The position numbers and the translations under genes are program-made. The notes beneath the pieces were generated by a model, which was not told where the DNA came from, did not search any database, and saw only the letters and a program-made list of their open reading frames with translations. A DNA stretch of 64,000 nt from Chiloscyllium plagiosum (taxonomy: Eukaryota), in the NCBI RefSeq assembly GCF_004010195.1, contig NC_057719.1, positions 55,334,374 to 55,398,373 on the forward strand, read 5' to 3'. Shown one piece after another: positions 1-13,200 of this stretch. Each line of letters opens with the position of its first letter. Position 1 is the first letter of the stretch.

Positions 1-292
1 CGCCTTCCTAACCTGCAATCTTCTTCCTGACCTCTCCGCCCCCACCTCACTCCGGCCTATCACCCTCACCTTGACCTCCTTCCACCTATTGCATTTCTAA
101 CTCCCCTCCCCCAAGTCCCTCCTTCCTACCTTTTATCTTAGCCTGCTGGACACACTTTCCTCATTCCTGAAGAAGGGCTCATGCCCGAAACGTCGATTCT
201 CTTGCTCCTTGGATGCTGCCTGACCTGCTGTGCTTTTCCAGCAACACATTTTCAGCTCTGATCTCCAGCAACTGCAGTCCTCACTTTCTCCT
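1..292 (+). mobile_element. Penelope-like element 3' end/terminal repeat with intact minimal hammerhead core (167-194)
   Basis: C-rich tract, then CTGAAGA-A-GGGC-TCAT-GCCC-GAAA-CGTC, then the gatgctgcctgacctgctg...ctgcagtcctcactttctc terminus. The same terminus ends the RT-bearing PLE at 55.1-57.9 kb. Confidence 0.8.
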
Positions 293-505
293 CGAAGATT
301 GTCACCATCTAGTTTCTTGGATGAGGTGGAGAGAATTGCAAGCTGCAAAGTTAGTTAGATTGTTGATCAGTAGACGAATCAAAGATTATGGGGAAAGGGC
401 AAGAAGGTGAAAGGGAAGAGTGTCAGATCAACCATGATGCTATTGAATGGTGGAGCAGGCTTGAGGGACTGAACAGTCTACTCCTGCTCCTATTTGTTAA
501 GGTCT
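293..505 (+). mobile_element. Old CR1-type LINE 3' end fragment
   Basis: Resembles the CR1 3' end at 42.2-42.3 kb (…gaatggtggagcaggcttgagggactgaa…ctactcctgctccta…). Confidence 0.5.
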
Positions 506-1039
506 TAAATAAGATAAGATTAGCTAATAATTACATGCCAATGTATGGGAATAAGGTAGTCATCGTTTAACAGAGATATTCTGATCTTCAGGAAAAATCT
601 AAAATTCCTTTTTTCAAGATCAGGAATCTGTATTTTTCATTCTAGCTGTATTTCTCCACATTTCACACCGTTGCCCACATAATTCACAGCCCAGGAAAAT
701 TCAACACAAGGTATTTGTTCAGTATTTCTGCCATTTTCTTATTCTTCATTATAAATTCTCTTGTCTCGGCTTGTATTGGGCCAACATTTGTCTTTCCTTT
801 TTCCATATTTAGGGAAGCTTTTACAGCCATTTTTATGCCTGTCACTAGCTTACCTTCTGAACTAGCTTACCAAACTACTTAGTTATATTGAAGAAGGTAA
901 TTCGTCATCACCTTCTCAATAACATTCAGAAATTGGCAATAATTGCTGCCCTTGAGTAAAGCCTACGTCACATAACTGAACAAAAAAAATCGAAATGTGC
1001 TCTTAATAAAATTGATGCCCAACTATACAGAGGTAAGTA

Positions 1040-1180
1040 GAGTCATATAGTCATAGAGATATACAGCACGGAAACAGACCCTTCGGTCCAACTTATCCAT
1101 GCCAACCAGATATTCCAACCCAATCTAGTCCCACTTGCCAGCACCTGTCCCATATCCCTCCAAACACTTCCTATTCATAT
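1040..1180 (-). mobile_element. CR1 3'UTR/tail fragment
   Basis: Reverse complement matches the CR1 3' end at 61.2-61.3 kb (…gactagattgggttgg…tatctgg…tatgactct). Confidence 0.65.
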
Positions 1181-1370
1181 AGGTAAAAACAATGACTGCA
1201 GATGCTGGAAACCAGATTCTGGATTAGTGGTGCTGGAAGAGCACAGCAGTTCAGGCAGCATCCAAGGAGCAGCGAAATCGACGTTTCAGGCAAAAGTCCT
1301 TCATCAGGAATAAAGGCAGTGAGTCTGGAGTGTGGACAGATAAGCTAATTCCTGATGAAGGGCTTTTGCC
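1181..1370 (-). mobile_element. PLE terminal-repeat fragment with partial inverted copy, right side truncated
   Basis: Minus-strand hammerhead-like core at 1280-1307, and a plus-strand partial core cctgatgaagggcttttgcc at 1351-1370. Confidence 0.7.
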
Positions 1371-1374
1371 TTGT

Positions 1375-2784
1375 TCTCTTCTTTGTCCCTGCCTGTCCTG
1401 ACTGTTTGATTCATTTTTTTCTCAACTGTACCTGTCTCAGATTGATCTCTTTCCTCACTATCTGCCTGGGTCCCAGGGAGTAACCCCCACCTTACTAGTT
1501 TAAATCCTCCCGAGCAGCTCCAGCAAATCTCCCTGCCCGTATATTAGTCCCCTTCCAATTTAGGTGCAATCCGTCCTTCTTGTACAGGTCACTCCTACCC
1601 CAGAACAGATTCCAATGATCTGAAAATATGAATCCTACTCGCATGCATTCATCTCTCTATCCTCCTATTCCTACCCTCACTAGCTTGCGGTACTGGGAGT
1701 AATCCAGATATTATTACTCTTGAGGACCTCCTTTTTAAATTCCTGCCTAACTCTCGGTATTCTCTCTTCAGAATCTCATTTTGTTCGCTTCCCATGCCGT
1801 TGATTCCAATGTGTACAATAACCTCCTACTGGCCTTTCTCCTCCTTGAGAACATTCTGCACCCTCTCTGAGACATCCTTGATCCTGGCACCAGGTAAGCC
1901 ACACACCATTCTGATTTTTCACTGCTGGCCACAGAAACGTCTGTCTGTGCCTCAGACTACACAGTCCCCTAACACAATTGATCTCTTGGAACCCAATGTA
2001 CCCCTCATTGCATTAGAGCCAGTCTCGATACCAGAAACTTGGCTGTTCATGTTACATTCCCTTGAGAATCTATCACTCTCTACATTTTCCAAAAAAGCAT
2101 ACTTGTATGAAATGGTGATAGCCACAGAAGACCCCTGCCCTACCTGCCTACCTCCCCAACCTTTCCTGGAGTTAACCCATATATGTGAGAGTATCTGTAA
2201 CTTTTCTCCTTTCCTATTACTGCCATCCATCACATCCCCTTGCTCTTGTAAATTCCCCATTGCCTCTCACTGTCTCTTCAACAGATCCATTCGATCTGAT
2301 AGGACTCGCAACCAATGGCATTTATTGTAGACATAATTCGCAGTGACATGTAAACTCTCCTTAAACTCCCACATCCAACATGAAGAGCATATCACTCTAC
2401 CAAAGGCCATTTTTGTTTCTTTCAATCTTAGACCAGAAAATGCCACCATCTTATTCCTCTGAAAAACACTGCTCTAGGCTAACTTAATACTTATGGCTTA
2501 TATTTTTACATTTAATCAAGAGTCATATCTCAATGAAACATAATCAAGAAGAACCCACTCTACTCACTACTGCAAACTGACAGTAAGGCCACGCTCAAAA
2601 CTATTCACTTATCTGTTTGTGAGCTGTGACCTCTCCCAAACAGGTTCCTCCAAGATCATTTGTGAATATCTCTGTTTTTGAATTTTCCCAGATGCACTCT
2701 GATGTCCAGCGATACATGATTTCAAACAACAAAGGGAGTAACTGTGCAGGTTCACTCTGTGTGTGTCAGTTAGCAGTGTGGGTT

Positions 2785-2822
<38 letters not shown>

Positions 2823-3050
2823 GCACTGACTGACCAGGTGTTGCCTTTGTCTGTTCCTCTCCCTTTTAAAAGTACTGTCGTTTTGACTTTTTTTTCTCCA
2901 AAGTTCCAAAACAATGCAACAGTAATAGTATATAAAACAGTAATTGCTGCTCCTGGAATGTGAGGAAATCACCTCTAACACCTAAAATACCTCAAAGAAG
3001 GAGCAGCCTGTTACAGCCAGAAATTTTCCTGTCCTCCATCTTGGATTGGC
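1375..3050 (-). mobile_element. CR1 LINE 5' region: 5'UTR plus decayed ORF1 (Zn-finger/SGNH-esterase type)
   Basis: Minus ORFs 2267-2449 (GRVICSSCWMWE…YVYNKC, CxxC-like) and 1952-2260 (…SIVLGDCVV, GDS esterase-like motif), as in vertebrate CR1 ORF1. Broken by stops. Confidence 0.75.
2789..2820. repeat. (TC)16 microsatellite
   Basis: Read directly. Confidence 0.95.
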
Positions 3051-4124
3051 GGTCAAAGAAACCACGGTGTCTTTAAAAAATGACCATTAAAAATATTCAT
3101 TGTAACTAAAATACATTATAACCTCAGTTAACAAATCTCAGGCAATGAATTTTGTGGCTACAGACATTGTTTGAGATACTTATGTGGGATCAATTAATCC
3201 AGAATGACATAACTGCAGTGAAATTTAGCTAAAGATTGTGAATGCACTCTTGTATTAATGGGCATGTTATTATTTTAATTATATCATAAGTCTTGTTCCC
3301 TCAAGAAATAAAGGCAAGTTGGCTGTTTATTATAAAAAGGGTACTGACCATCAGCTCTGTTTTATCCTGTTTAGAATATCATTTTATCAACTTGTAGGAT
3401 TTAGGTGCAAATATCATGCAAACTGGTGTCACATTCACTGACTAAGAGAATTCAAAAGGTTAAATGAGTTTGATCAGTCCAACAAGTTCTAAATAACATC
3501 AAATGACTGGTTGTTAAAAGTTGTTAAGTATGGGTGTTTGAATAATGCTGTATGAGACACTAATTAGATATTAGGACTTTAAATCGATGTAAAGTGGATG
3601 CAGTCTGTAATCTGTAACTGCCTAACAAGTAGCTGCCTGATGCAAGAGGTGCAAATAGGACCAAGGAATTTGTGCACGTGGTCTGTTCCAGCCAGATCCT
3701 GAGTAGATCTGGTCACTGAAATAGGCCACCACTGGTAGCATTAAGAAGTCAAGGTTACCTGGTTTTAGTCAAACATACTTTGTGTCTACACATGGTCTGT
3801 ATGGATCTTCCCAATCATCAATGAAAAGGGGAATGGAGAAAGACCTGCTGATTCATTTTGCAAACCAAAGCTCTCAGCTTGAGAGAAACATAGCTCCACT
3901 GATGGGTGAAAGGGCATAGAAAGCAAGGCAGAAGTTTTAAAACTGATGTGTGTTAACCAGGTGACAATGAAGATCAGAGTTCACAGAGATGATGGCTGAA
4001 TGGGACTTGTAGAAAGTTAAGATACAGGCCAGAGTTTCGGAAAAAAAATCAAGTTTACAGAGGCTAGAACTTTGCAAATCGGTGCAGAATATAATTGAAT
4101 GGTCAAACATAGAGATAACACCGT

Positions 4125-5480
4125 CCTTGAACACAGGTGAGGTTCTGGAGGACTGGAGAATTGCTAATGTTGTCCCCTTGTTTAAGAAGGGTAACAGGGA
4201 TACTCCAGGTAATTATAGACCAGTGAGCCTGACGTCAGTGGAGGGAAATGGCTGGAGAAGATACTGAGAGATAGGATCTATTCCCATTTGGAAGAAAATG
4301 GGCTTATCAATAATGGGTAGCATGGTTTTATGCAGGGAAGGTCATGTCTTACAAACCTAGTAGAATGTTTTGAGGAGGTGACAAAATTTATTGTCGAGGG
4401 AAGGGCTGTAGATGTCATATACATGGACTATAATGAAGCGTTTGCTAAGGTTCTTCATGGTAGGCTAATGGAGAAAGTGAAGTCACATGGAGTCCAGGGT
4501 GCACTAGCTAGATGGATAGAGAACAGGCTGGGCAACAGGAGACAGAGAGAAGTAGTGGAAGGGAGTTTTTCAAAATGGAGACCTGTGACCAGTGGCGTTC
4601 CACAGGGATTCGTGCTGGGACCACTGTTGTCTGTTATATACATAAATGATTTGGAGGAAGGTTTCAGTTGCCTGATTAGCAAGTTTGCAGATGACACCAA
4701 GATTGGTGGAGCAGCAGATAGTGAAGGGGGCTGTCAGAGAATACAGCAGAACATAGATAGTTTGGAGAGATGAGCAGAGAAATGGCAGATGGAGTTCAAT
4801 CTGGGCAAATGTGAGGTGATGCATTTTGGAAGATCCAATTCAAGAGTGAACTATACAGTAAATGGAAAAGTCCTGGGGAAAATTGACATACAGAGAGATC
4901 TGGGTGTTCAGGTCCACTGTTCCCTGAAGGTGGCAACGCAGGTCAATAAAGTGGTAAAGAAGACATACAGCATGCTTTCCTTCATTGGACGGGGTATTGA
5001 GTACAAGAGTTAGCAGGTCATGTTACAATTGTATAGGACTTTGGTTCGGTCGCATTTGGAATACTGCATACAGTTCTGGTCTCTACATTACCAAAAGGAT
5101 GTGGATGCTTTGGAGATGGTGCAGAGAAGGTTCACCAGGATGGATAGTCAGGGTGGATAGCAAGAAACTTTTTCCCAGAGTGCGAAACTCAATTACTATG
5201 GGTCACAAGTTCAAAGGGAGAGGGGAAAGGTTTAGGGGAGATATGTGTGGAAAGTTCTTTTCACAGAGGGTGGTGCAGGCTGGAATGCATTGCCAGTGGA
5301 GGTGATAGAGGCAGGAATGATAGCATCATTTAAGATGTATCCAGACAGATACATGAATGGGCAGGGAGTAAAGGGATACAGATATTTAGAAATCGGGTGG
5401 CACGTTTAGATAGACGATTTGGATCAGCTCAGGATTGGAGGGCTAAAGGGCCTGTTCCTGTGCTGTAACGTTCTTTGTTC
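4125..5480 (+). mobile_element. 5'-truncated CR1 LINE, ORF2 RT half, pseudogenised
   Basis: Motifs EDWRIANVVPLFKKG…NYRPVSLTS, GRSCLTNL, SGVPQG.VLGP, SKFADDTKIGG and MEFNLGKCEVMHFG, with frameshifts, stops and an internal deletion near 5140. 3'UTR runs to ~5480. Confidence 0.93.
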
Positions 5481-6833
5481 AAAGGCATAAATGAGTGTTT
5501 CAGCAGCTGGAGGTGGTATCAGAAGGTATTAGTAATTACCTGAATATGAGGCTGGAAACTTATCTCAGGGTTTGAGATGACATCAATCAATCTGGTTGGT
5601 CGTCAGTTGCCGCATGGATGGACAGAGTTCATGGCCAGACAATGAAGTTTCTGGGGATTGAAGATAGTGCTTTGTTGAAGTAGATGAAAGTAACAAACAG
5701 AACAAATCCCATTTATATGTATCTAGAAATGAAGAATTGAAGAAATGTAATTATTTTTTGAAATTCATAATTCACTATGCAATGATACATTTAATCTCAA
5801 GTCAATGTAATCAATAAGGTTATTGGCTACCTGTTAAATACTGTCATTATCCAGATTCAGTATATCAATTGTTGAACAACATCAGTTGCTGAACTTTTCT
5901 TGTGATACTCAATTTAGATTTAATAATGGATTTACAGCTATCTTTGTTTCCTACATTGATTGCCACATATCCTTCATAATAAAACAGCAAATCCTTAGGC
6001 TCACTGTGAGTATTTCCATCAGTGATCTACTAACTACCTGCTAACTGTAAATTGTTTTCTGTCAATATCGGTCTAGCTACTGGGGAGATGTGTAGTCCGA
6101 TGGTAGTGGTCCCTGTCTCTGAGCCAGAAGCTCTCCAGCTTTAAATCTTACTCAAAGACAAATGTATTCATTATGTGACCAAACAGATTGTATAACAACT
6201 TGTAAAGCTTTCCAACAGATGTCAATGGCAGGCTGAAAGAATGGGAGAGGTTTCTGCTCTGCCATGTGATGGAAAGAAATGGGAGACTCAACTATAGCTC
6301 TAGGCTACAACATTCACATAACAGCTTATGCTGCCACACCATCTCAGAGTCCTTGGGCCAAGGGTATTTTGATTGGCTCAGTTGACTACACAACCAGTGT
6401 GGATCAGAACCCATGCTAATTTTTGGAGTTTGATGCCTGATCCACCAGGGCTGTGTGCAGAACTGCCTTCTTGTAGTGGAGGCTGTGGCACTGTGGATCA
6501 GTCCTCCTTCCAGGTGTGAACTCAAGGGAAGAAGTTCTAGTTTAAACTAGGAATGATGTTCCTGATAATTGTGCTGATTAATTGTACTGATAGTACTTAA
6601 AAACCAAGGATAAACTTAAGAGAAGATTAATATCATTTCATATTAGATAAAACGATTCAAAATTCAAAAATAATTCTGTAACAGTTTCAGAATGAAGACC
6701 TGAAACTATAAGACAAACCTATCACCATTCATGAATGATCACTGTTATCAAATATTCCTCAGCGGCTAAGATACTTATTGTCATACATTTCATATTAAAT
6801 TAGTGAATACTTCTGAACAATTACAAGCAGTAT

Positions 6834-6846
6834 GTTCCATGGCAAC
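6834..6846. promoter_or_regulatory. RFX X-box-like near-palindrome GTTCCATGGCAAC in unique AT-rich DNA
   Basis: Close to the consensus GTTGCCATGGCAAC (one base shorter). Motif match only. Confidence 0.3.
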
Positions 6847-8479
6847 CACAATGATGAGATCTTGGTTAGAGCAGGCATAAATGGATATCATTAGGGAATT
6901 AATCATTTTTCTTCAATGTAATGGAGGCCATCCAGTACATATCCATTAACTTGTGGAAGATTTTCTGAAGCACATGTATTGAAATTGTTCTTTTGATTTG
7001 TATATTGTATAAAGCAATGAAAGAATAATCCTTTATTATGTAATTTTCAATAATTTATTCATTCAGTGAATACTGCTTAGCCCTAAATTAAAGTGGTGGC
7101 AGGGCAATTAATAGGTTGGTGCTGTGCCTTTTTGGATAACCTGGCTCATAACAACAAGTTGGCAATATTCCAAGGCACCATAAAAATATCAGCGAGCATT
7201 TATATCGACAAAAGCCATTAATAATGCATTCTCTTGTTATTTATTCTTGCAATAGTATAGGAACTGTGGACGTGGCTTCACACATTTAAAATGAATCATT
7301 GTGTGATAGAACAATTCAGAGTGACCAGACCTAGTCAGTTTGCTAGTTAATCTATCCAAAGAAAAGACAGTACCAGACCTGACAGTTGGTCAGTTTGTTG
7401 TATATATTTGGACAAATGAAACAAAAAGCCTTGATGTCAATGTGTGGATGACCTGCAGCGTATATGTGCTATCATTACTATTAACTCCCAGGGAGAGGCC
7501 TATCATTTTTAAATCATGCAAGTTATTATTTTTAAAATGCTGATTTATCATTGGATAGTTATTCATTTTTGCCAATGGGCTAATATTGACCATCTAGTTC
7601 TAAAACTGCTCAAGTGGTCTTTGACTGCTGACAAAATTATGCAGTTCTTTAGAAGTGAATTTATAATTTCTGAAATGTCAGTTCCCACCCTGAACAAAAT
7701 GACTTTTTACTTAGAGTTTTAAGAAGACACTGCTATGTCACGTGTAACATTGTTATGTGAGCCAGTTTCTCTGCTGGGCGTGGTGACTCGCAGGTTACAC
7801 CACCACTATTTTCCTCTCTTGAATGAAAGGGCAGCCCGATGGTCCTCTGAGAGTATGGTGACTTTATCTTTACATGTTATAAGGATCAGTACTCAACTGT
7901 GAGAGTAAAATTTAGTGGCACGTTTAACTAAAACTATATGTAAAGAAATTCTGACAGTGATATTATAGGGATTGAAGTAAATATTTTTGAGTAAGTCGTA
8001 AAGAGTAAGGATTTTTTTAAACTAGCTGCAGACCGTCAGTATATAGATTTAAGTCATTTAGATAACACAGTTCCATCAGTAAATAAATCTGTGTACACCG
8101 CTCAGGAGCAACACATCACTTTATCCAGGATACCATTCTGTCCAATTATTTTTATAATGGTTTTCATGCTGAAAGTTAACAAATATAGAATTTAAGAGAT
8201 TAAACAAATTGCATTTTCTTCTCCAAATGTATCTACAACAATATTTTGACTTCAAATTAGGTTTGCTAAGGGAGTAGAAGATCATTTCAGCCAACAGTCC
8301 TTTCTATTGAAGTCTTACCTGATGAAAACAATACAATCCTCAATATATAACATTATTAAGAATATCCATATTAATATATAAATTCTATAACACAAGGCAC
8401 AATTAGTAACCATTTAGAAATGCAAAATTCAGTCAAGGAGATTCAGCACAGATCTGTTTGAGGCAATTTGTGTTTTTAA

Positions 8480-8720
8480 GACTTTGTGAAGTAGTGATTA
8501 GGTGTATAGAGGAATGTAACATATATAAATGTAAAAGGGTTTTCAGAAGGACATCAGAGCCACAGAAAGGATACAAAAATAATGCCAGAAAATGAAAGGC
8601 TTCAGTTGTGAGGATCAACTAAAGAAACTGGAGCTCTTGATACTACAATAGAGAAGGTTAAGAGGGAATAGCTTAGAAGTATATACTATAAGAAGAGGTT
8701 TTATGAAGTTAAATAGAATG
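8480..8720 (+). mobile_element. Highly decayed CR1 ORF2 3' fragment
   Basis: …agaaggttaagagg…ttagaagtatatactata… parallels the RRLRGDLIEVYKI region. Confidence 0.45.
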
Positions 8721-8964
8721 ACCTCACAAGTGTTTCAGCTCAAAAACTGTTTTGCCAAATGCCATATCTTATGAGCCCTACAAATAGGGCCAAATGTACC
8801 ACTCACCCATCACTCACCTATCAACAATCTCATCTGATCTCCAAGATTCAGAGATTCACCTCATTCTCAACCACTTTGCACAGCTACAAGCCTCATGCCC
8901 ACATTTCCCAGTTTGTACACACTGCTAACCATGATAGCCATAGCACCCAGACATTGTACCATAT

Positions 8965-9186
8965 TAGGAGAAAGTGAGGACTGCAGATGCTGGAGATCAG
9001 AGCTGAAAAATGTGTTGCTGGAAAAGCGCAGCAGGTCAGGCAGCATCCAAGGAGCAGGAGAATCAACGTTTCGGGCATAAGCCCTAAAGATTCCTGAAGA
9101 AAGGTTTATGCCCGAAACGTTGATTCTCCTGCTCCTTGGATGCTGCCTGACCTGCTGTGCTTTTCCAGCAACAATATTTCAGCTCA
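8965..9186. mobile_element. Inverted-repeat (hairpin) PLE terminal-repeat insertion with 12-bp TSD
   Basis: Arms ~9000-9085 and ~9100-9186 are near reverse complements. TSD attgtaccatat at 8953-8964 and 9187-9198. Confidence 0.85.
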
Positions 9187-9214
9187 ATTGTACCATATCC
9201 ACTGACAGACTCTT

Positions 9215-9945
9215 ACGTAGGAGAATGTGGCTCACAGAAAGCAGCTGGATGTAATGGGAGGAATTCAGGCATACCTGCATGATCTAACCCCCACAGAGGA
9301 AATGGCACAGTCATTATGGGAAAAACCATTAATGAGACCACCATCACCAGTATGACTAAAGCTAATGAAGGTGTATTTTCATTCAAATCGTTGTGAATCT
9401 TTGAAATTTTCTCCTCCCGGTGTATTATAGATGAAGCCCCATCATTGACTATATTTAAGAGTAGGATAGACAGGTTTTTTTAAAAATAATACAATATCTG
9501 ATGATAAATGTATCAATTTCCATCACAGCACAAACAGAAGCTTCTAAAATATCGATGCTGCAGTGGAAGTGCAGACTGATGCTGTGCAAGCCAATGCTCA
9601 CTCTCATCCTGCCCGCCACCAGATTATTAGGATTGCTGAGGATATGGCTCAATGGACCACAAATCTGTTGTCCTTTCTCAAAAAGCAAACAGTTGTCCTT
9701 GCAGAACTGACCTTGTTGTTCGCTATCACCCAGCTGGCTTAGATTATTTGCACCCACATTGTGTTGATGCAGTCTGAGCTCAGACTTTCTTGCTCTGTCG
9801 GAGGTCAGCAGCCTTCCATCTGCCAAGCTGTAGCCGTTGGAGTGGTTTTGGGAAAGTGCACAGGTGGGTGCAAAGGCATCCACAAAGCATGCACTGGAGA
9901 ATGCACAAGGCTAACCAGTTGACTTCTGCATGCAATATGGCTGTT
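9215..9945 (+). mobile_element. Harbinger/PIF Myb-SANT-type ORF remnant (tentative)
   Basis: From 9221 reads ENVAHRKQLDVMGGIQAYLHDLTPTEEMAQS, resembling the post-SANT …TGGG…LT..EE segment of Harbinger second ORFs. Confidence 0.4.
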
Positions 9946-10265
9946 TGATTTTGAATTAGAATTAGCTTTATTGTCACATGTACTCACAGTGAAAAGTTTA
10001 CAACTCGCCACAAACGGCGCCATAAATTCTTAGGAACAAAATTAGAAAAATAAAGAAATAAAAAGTCCAAATTAGACTTTCACACCTTCTTGGGTACAAA
10101 AGTACAAAATCGCAGGAATATATTAGAAAAGAAATAAATACAAAAGCTTAGAGTAACAATCCTTTCAACCCAGTCTGCACTGGCACCGAGCCTCTAGGCC
10201 TCACTCCAGTCCATGCCATGCTTCAACTCCAGGCCACGAGTGCCAGGAGTCTGCTCTGTCTTCAC
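9946..10265 (-). mobile_element. 3' end of a minus-strand non-LTR retroelement/SINE leading into the 19-bp array
   Basis: Minus strand reads …tacatgtgacAATAAAgctaattctaattcaaaatc: a polyA signal followed by a short repeated tail. Confidence 0.45.
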
Positions 10266-13200
10266 CTCAAGGCTGGAGTCTGCACTGAGGCTGGGAGTCT
10301 GTGCTGAGGCCGGGAGTCTGTGCTGAGGCTGGGAGTTCACATTGAGGCCAGGGGTCCGCACTGAGGCCAGGAGTCTGGGCTGAGGCTGGGAGTCCATACT
10401 GAGGCCAGGAATCCGCAATGAGGCCAGGAGTCTGCAATGAGGCCAGGAGACTGCGCTGAGGCCTGGAATCCGCAATGAGGTCAGGAGCCTGTGCTGAGGC
10501 CAGGAGTCTGCGCTGAGGCTGGGAGTCCGCACTGAAGCCGGGAGTCCACACTGAGGCTAGGAGACCACACTGAGGCTGGGAGTCCACACTGAGGCCGGGG
10601 TTCCGCACTGAGACCGGGAGTCCGTGCTGAGGCCGGGAGTCTGCGCTGAGCCAAGGAGTTCGCACTGAGGCCAAGAGTCTGTGCTGAGGCTGGGAGTCTG
10701 CACTGAGGCCCGGAGTCCACACTGAGGCCAGGAGTCCGCACAGAGGCCAGAAGTCCGCAATGAGACCAGGAGTCCGCACTGAGGCCCGGAGTCCGCACTA
10801 AGGCCAAGAGTCTGTGCTGAGGCTGGGAGTCCGCACTGAGGCCAGGAATCCGCACTGAGGCCAGGAGTCTGTGCTGAGACCGGGAGTCCACACTGAGGCC
10901 GGGAGTCCGCACTGAGGCCAGGAGTCCGTGCTGAGACCGGGAGTCCACACTGAGGCCGGGTGTCCACACTGAGGCCGGGAGTCTGTGCTGTGGCTGGGTG
11001 TCCACACTGAGGCCGGGAGTTCATACTGAGGCCGGGAGTCTGTGCTGAGGCTGGGTGTGCACACTGAGGCCAGGAGTCCACACTGAGGCTGGGTGTCTGC
11101 ACTGAGGCCGGATGTCCATGCTGAGGCTTGGAGTCCACACTGAGGCCACATGTCCACACTGAGGCCGGGAGGCCACACTGAGACCCGGAGTCCGCACTGA
11201 GGCCAGGAGTCCGTGCTGAGGCCAGGAGTCCACACTGAGGCCACGAGTCTGTGCTGAGGCTGGGAGTCTGTGCTGAGGCCGGGAGTCCGCACTGAAGTCA
11301 GGAGTCTGCACTGAGGCCAGGAGTCCACACTGAGTCCAGGAGTCTGCGCTGATGCCGGGAGTCCGCACTGAGGCTAGGAGTCTGTGCTGAGGTCAGGAGT
11401 CCACGCTGAGGCCCGGAGTCCGCACTGAGTCCAGGAGTCTGCACTGAGGCCAGGAGTATACACTGAGGCCTGGAGTCCACACTGAGGCCAGGAGTCTGTG
11501 CTGAGGCCTGGATTCCACACTGAGGCCCAGAGTCCGCACTGAGGCCAGGAGTCTGCGCTGAGGCCAGGAGACCATACTGAGGCCTGAAGTCCACACTGAG
11601 GCCTCGAGTCTGCACTGAGGCCAGGAATCTGCGCCGAGGCTAGGAGTCTGCGCCGAGGCCCACTGTCCGCACTGAGGCCAGGAGTCTGCACTGAGACCAG
11701 GAGTCCACACTGAGGCCCAGAGTCCACACTGAGGCCCGGAGATCGCATTGAGGCCCGGAGCCCATACTGAGGCCAGGAGTCCACACTGAGGCCAGGCGTC
11801 CATACTGAGGCCAGGAGTCTGCGCTGAGGCCGGGAGTCCGTGCTGAGGCCCACTGTCCGCACTGAGGCCAGGAGTCTGCGCTGTGGCCGGGAATCCGCAA
11901 TAAGACCGAGAGTCTGCGCTATGGCCAGGAGTCCGCACTGAAGCCAGGAGTCTGCGCTGTGGCCGGGAATTCGCACTGAGACCAGGAGTCTGCGCTAGGG
12001 CCAGGAGTCCACACTGATGCCAGGAGTCTGCACTAAGGTCGGCAGTCCACACTGAGGCCAGGAGTCAGTGCTGAGGCCAGCAGTCTGTACTAAGGCCAGG
12101 AGTCCGCGCTGTGGCCGTGAATCCGCGCTGAGACTGGGAATCTGCGCTGAGGCCGGGAGCCTGCCCTGAGGCCAGGAGTCTGTGCTGAGGCCGAGAGTCC
12201 ACACTGAAGCCGGGTGTCCGTGCTGAGGCCGGAAGACTGTGCTGAGGCCGGGAGTCCACACTGAGGCCTGGAGTCTCCACCGAGGCCTAGAGTCTGTGCT
12301 GAGGCCAGGAGTTCATGCTGAGGCCGTGAGACTGTGCTGAGGCCGGGAGTTTGCACTGAGGCCGGGAGTCCGCACTGAGGCCGGGAGTCCGTGCTGAGGC
12401 CAGGAGTCCGCACTGAGGCCAGGAGTCCGTGCTGAGGCCAGGTGTCTGCGCTGAGGCCGGGAGTCCACACTGAGAACAGGAGTCCACACTGAGGCCGGGA
12501 GTCCATACTGAGGCCGGGAATCCACTCTGAGGCCGGGAGTCCACACTGGGGCTGGGAGTCCACACTGAGGTCAGGAGTCTGCACTGAGGCCAGGAGTCCG
12601 CACTGAGGCCGGGAGTCTGTGCTAAAGCCACGAGTCAACAGTGAGGCCAGGAGTCTGCGCTGAGGCCTGGAATCCGCACTGAGGCCAGAAGTCCATGCTG
12701 AGGCCAGGAGTCCGTGCTAAGCCAGGAGTCCACGCTAAGCCAGGAGTCCATACTGAGGTCACGAGTCTGTGCTGAGGCCGGGAGTCTGTGCTGAGGCCAG
12801 GAGTCCACACTGAGGCTGGGAGTCCGCACTGAGGCCATGAGTCCGTGCTGAGGCCGGTAGTCCTCGCTGAGTCCTGGTGTCCACGCTGAGGCCGGGAGTC
12901 TGCGCTGAGGCGGGGAGTCTGTGCTGAGGCCAGGAGTCCGCACTAGGCCAGGAGTCCATGCTGAGGCCAGGTGTCTGCGCTAAGGCCGGGAGTCTGTGCT
13001 GAGGCCAGGAGTCCGCACTGAGGCCAGGAGTCCGTGCTGAGGCCAGGTGTCTGCGCTGAGGCCGGGAGTCCACACTGAGACCAGGAGTCCACACTGAGGC
13101 CGAGAGTCCATCCTGAGGCCAGGAGTCCACACTGAGGCCGGGAGTTCATACTGAGGCCGGGAGTTCAATCTGAGGCCAGGAGTCCACACTGAGGCCAGGA

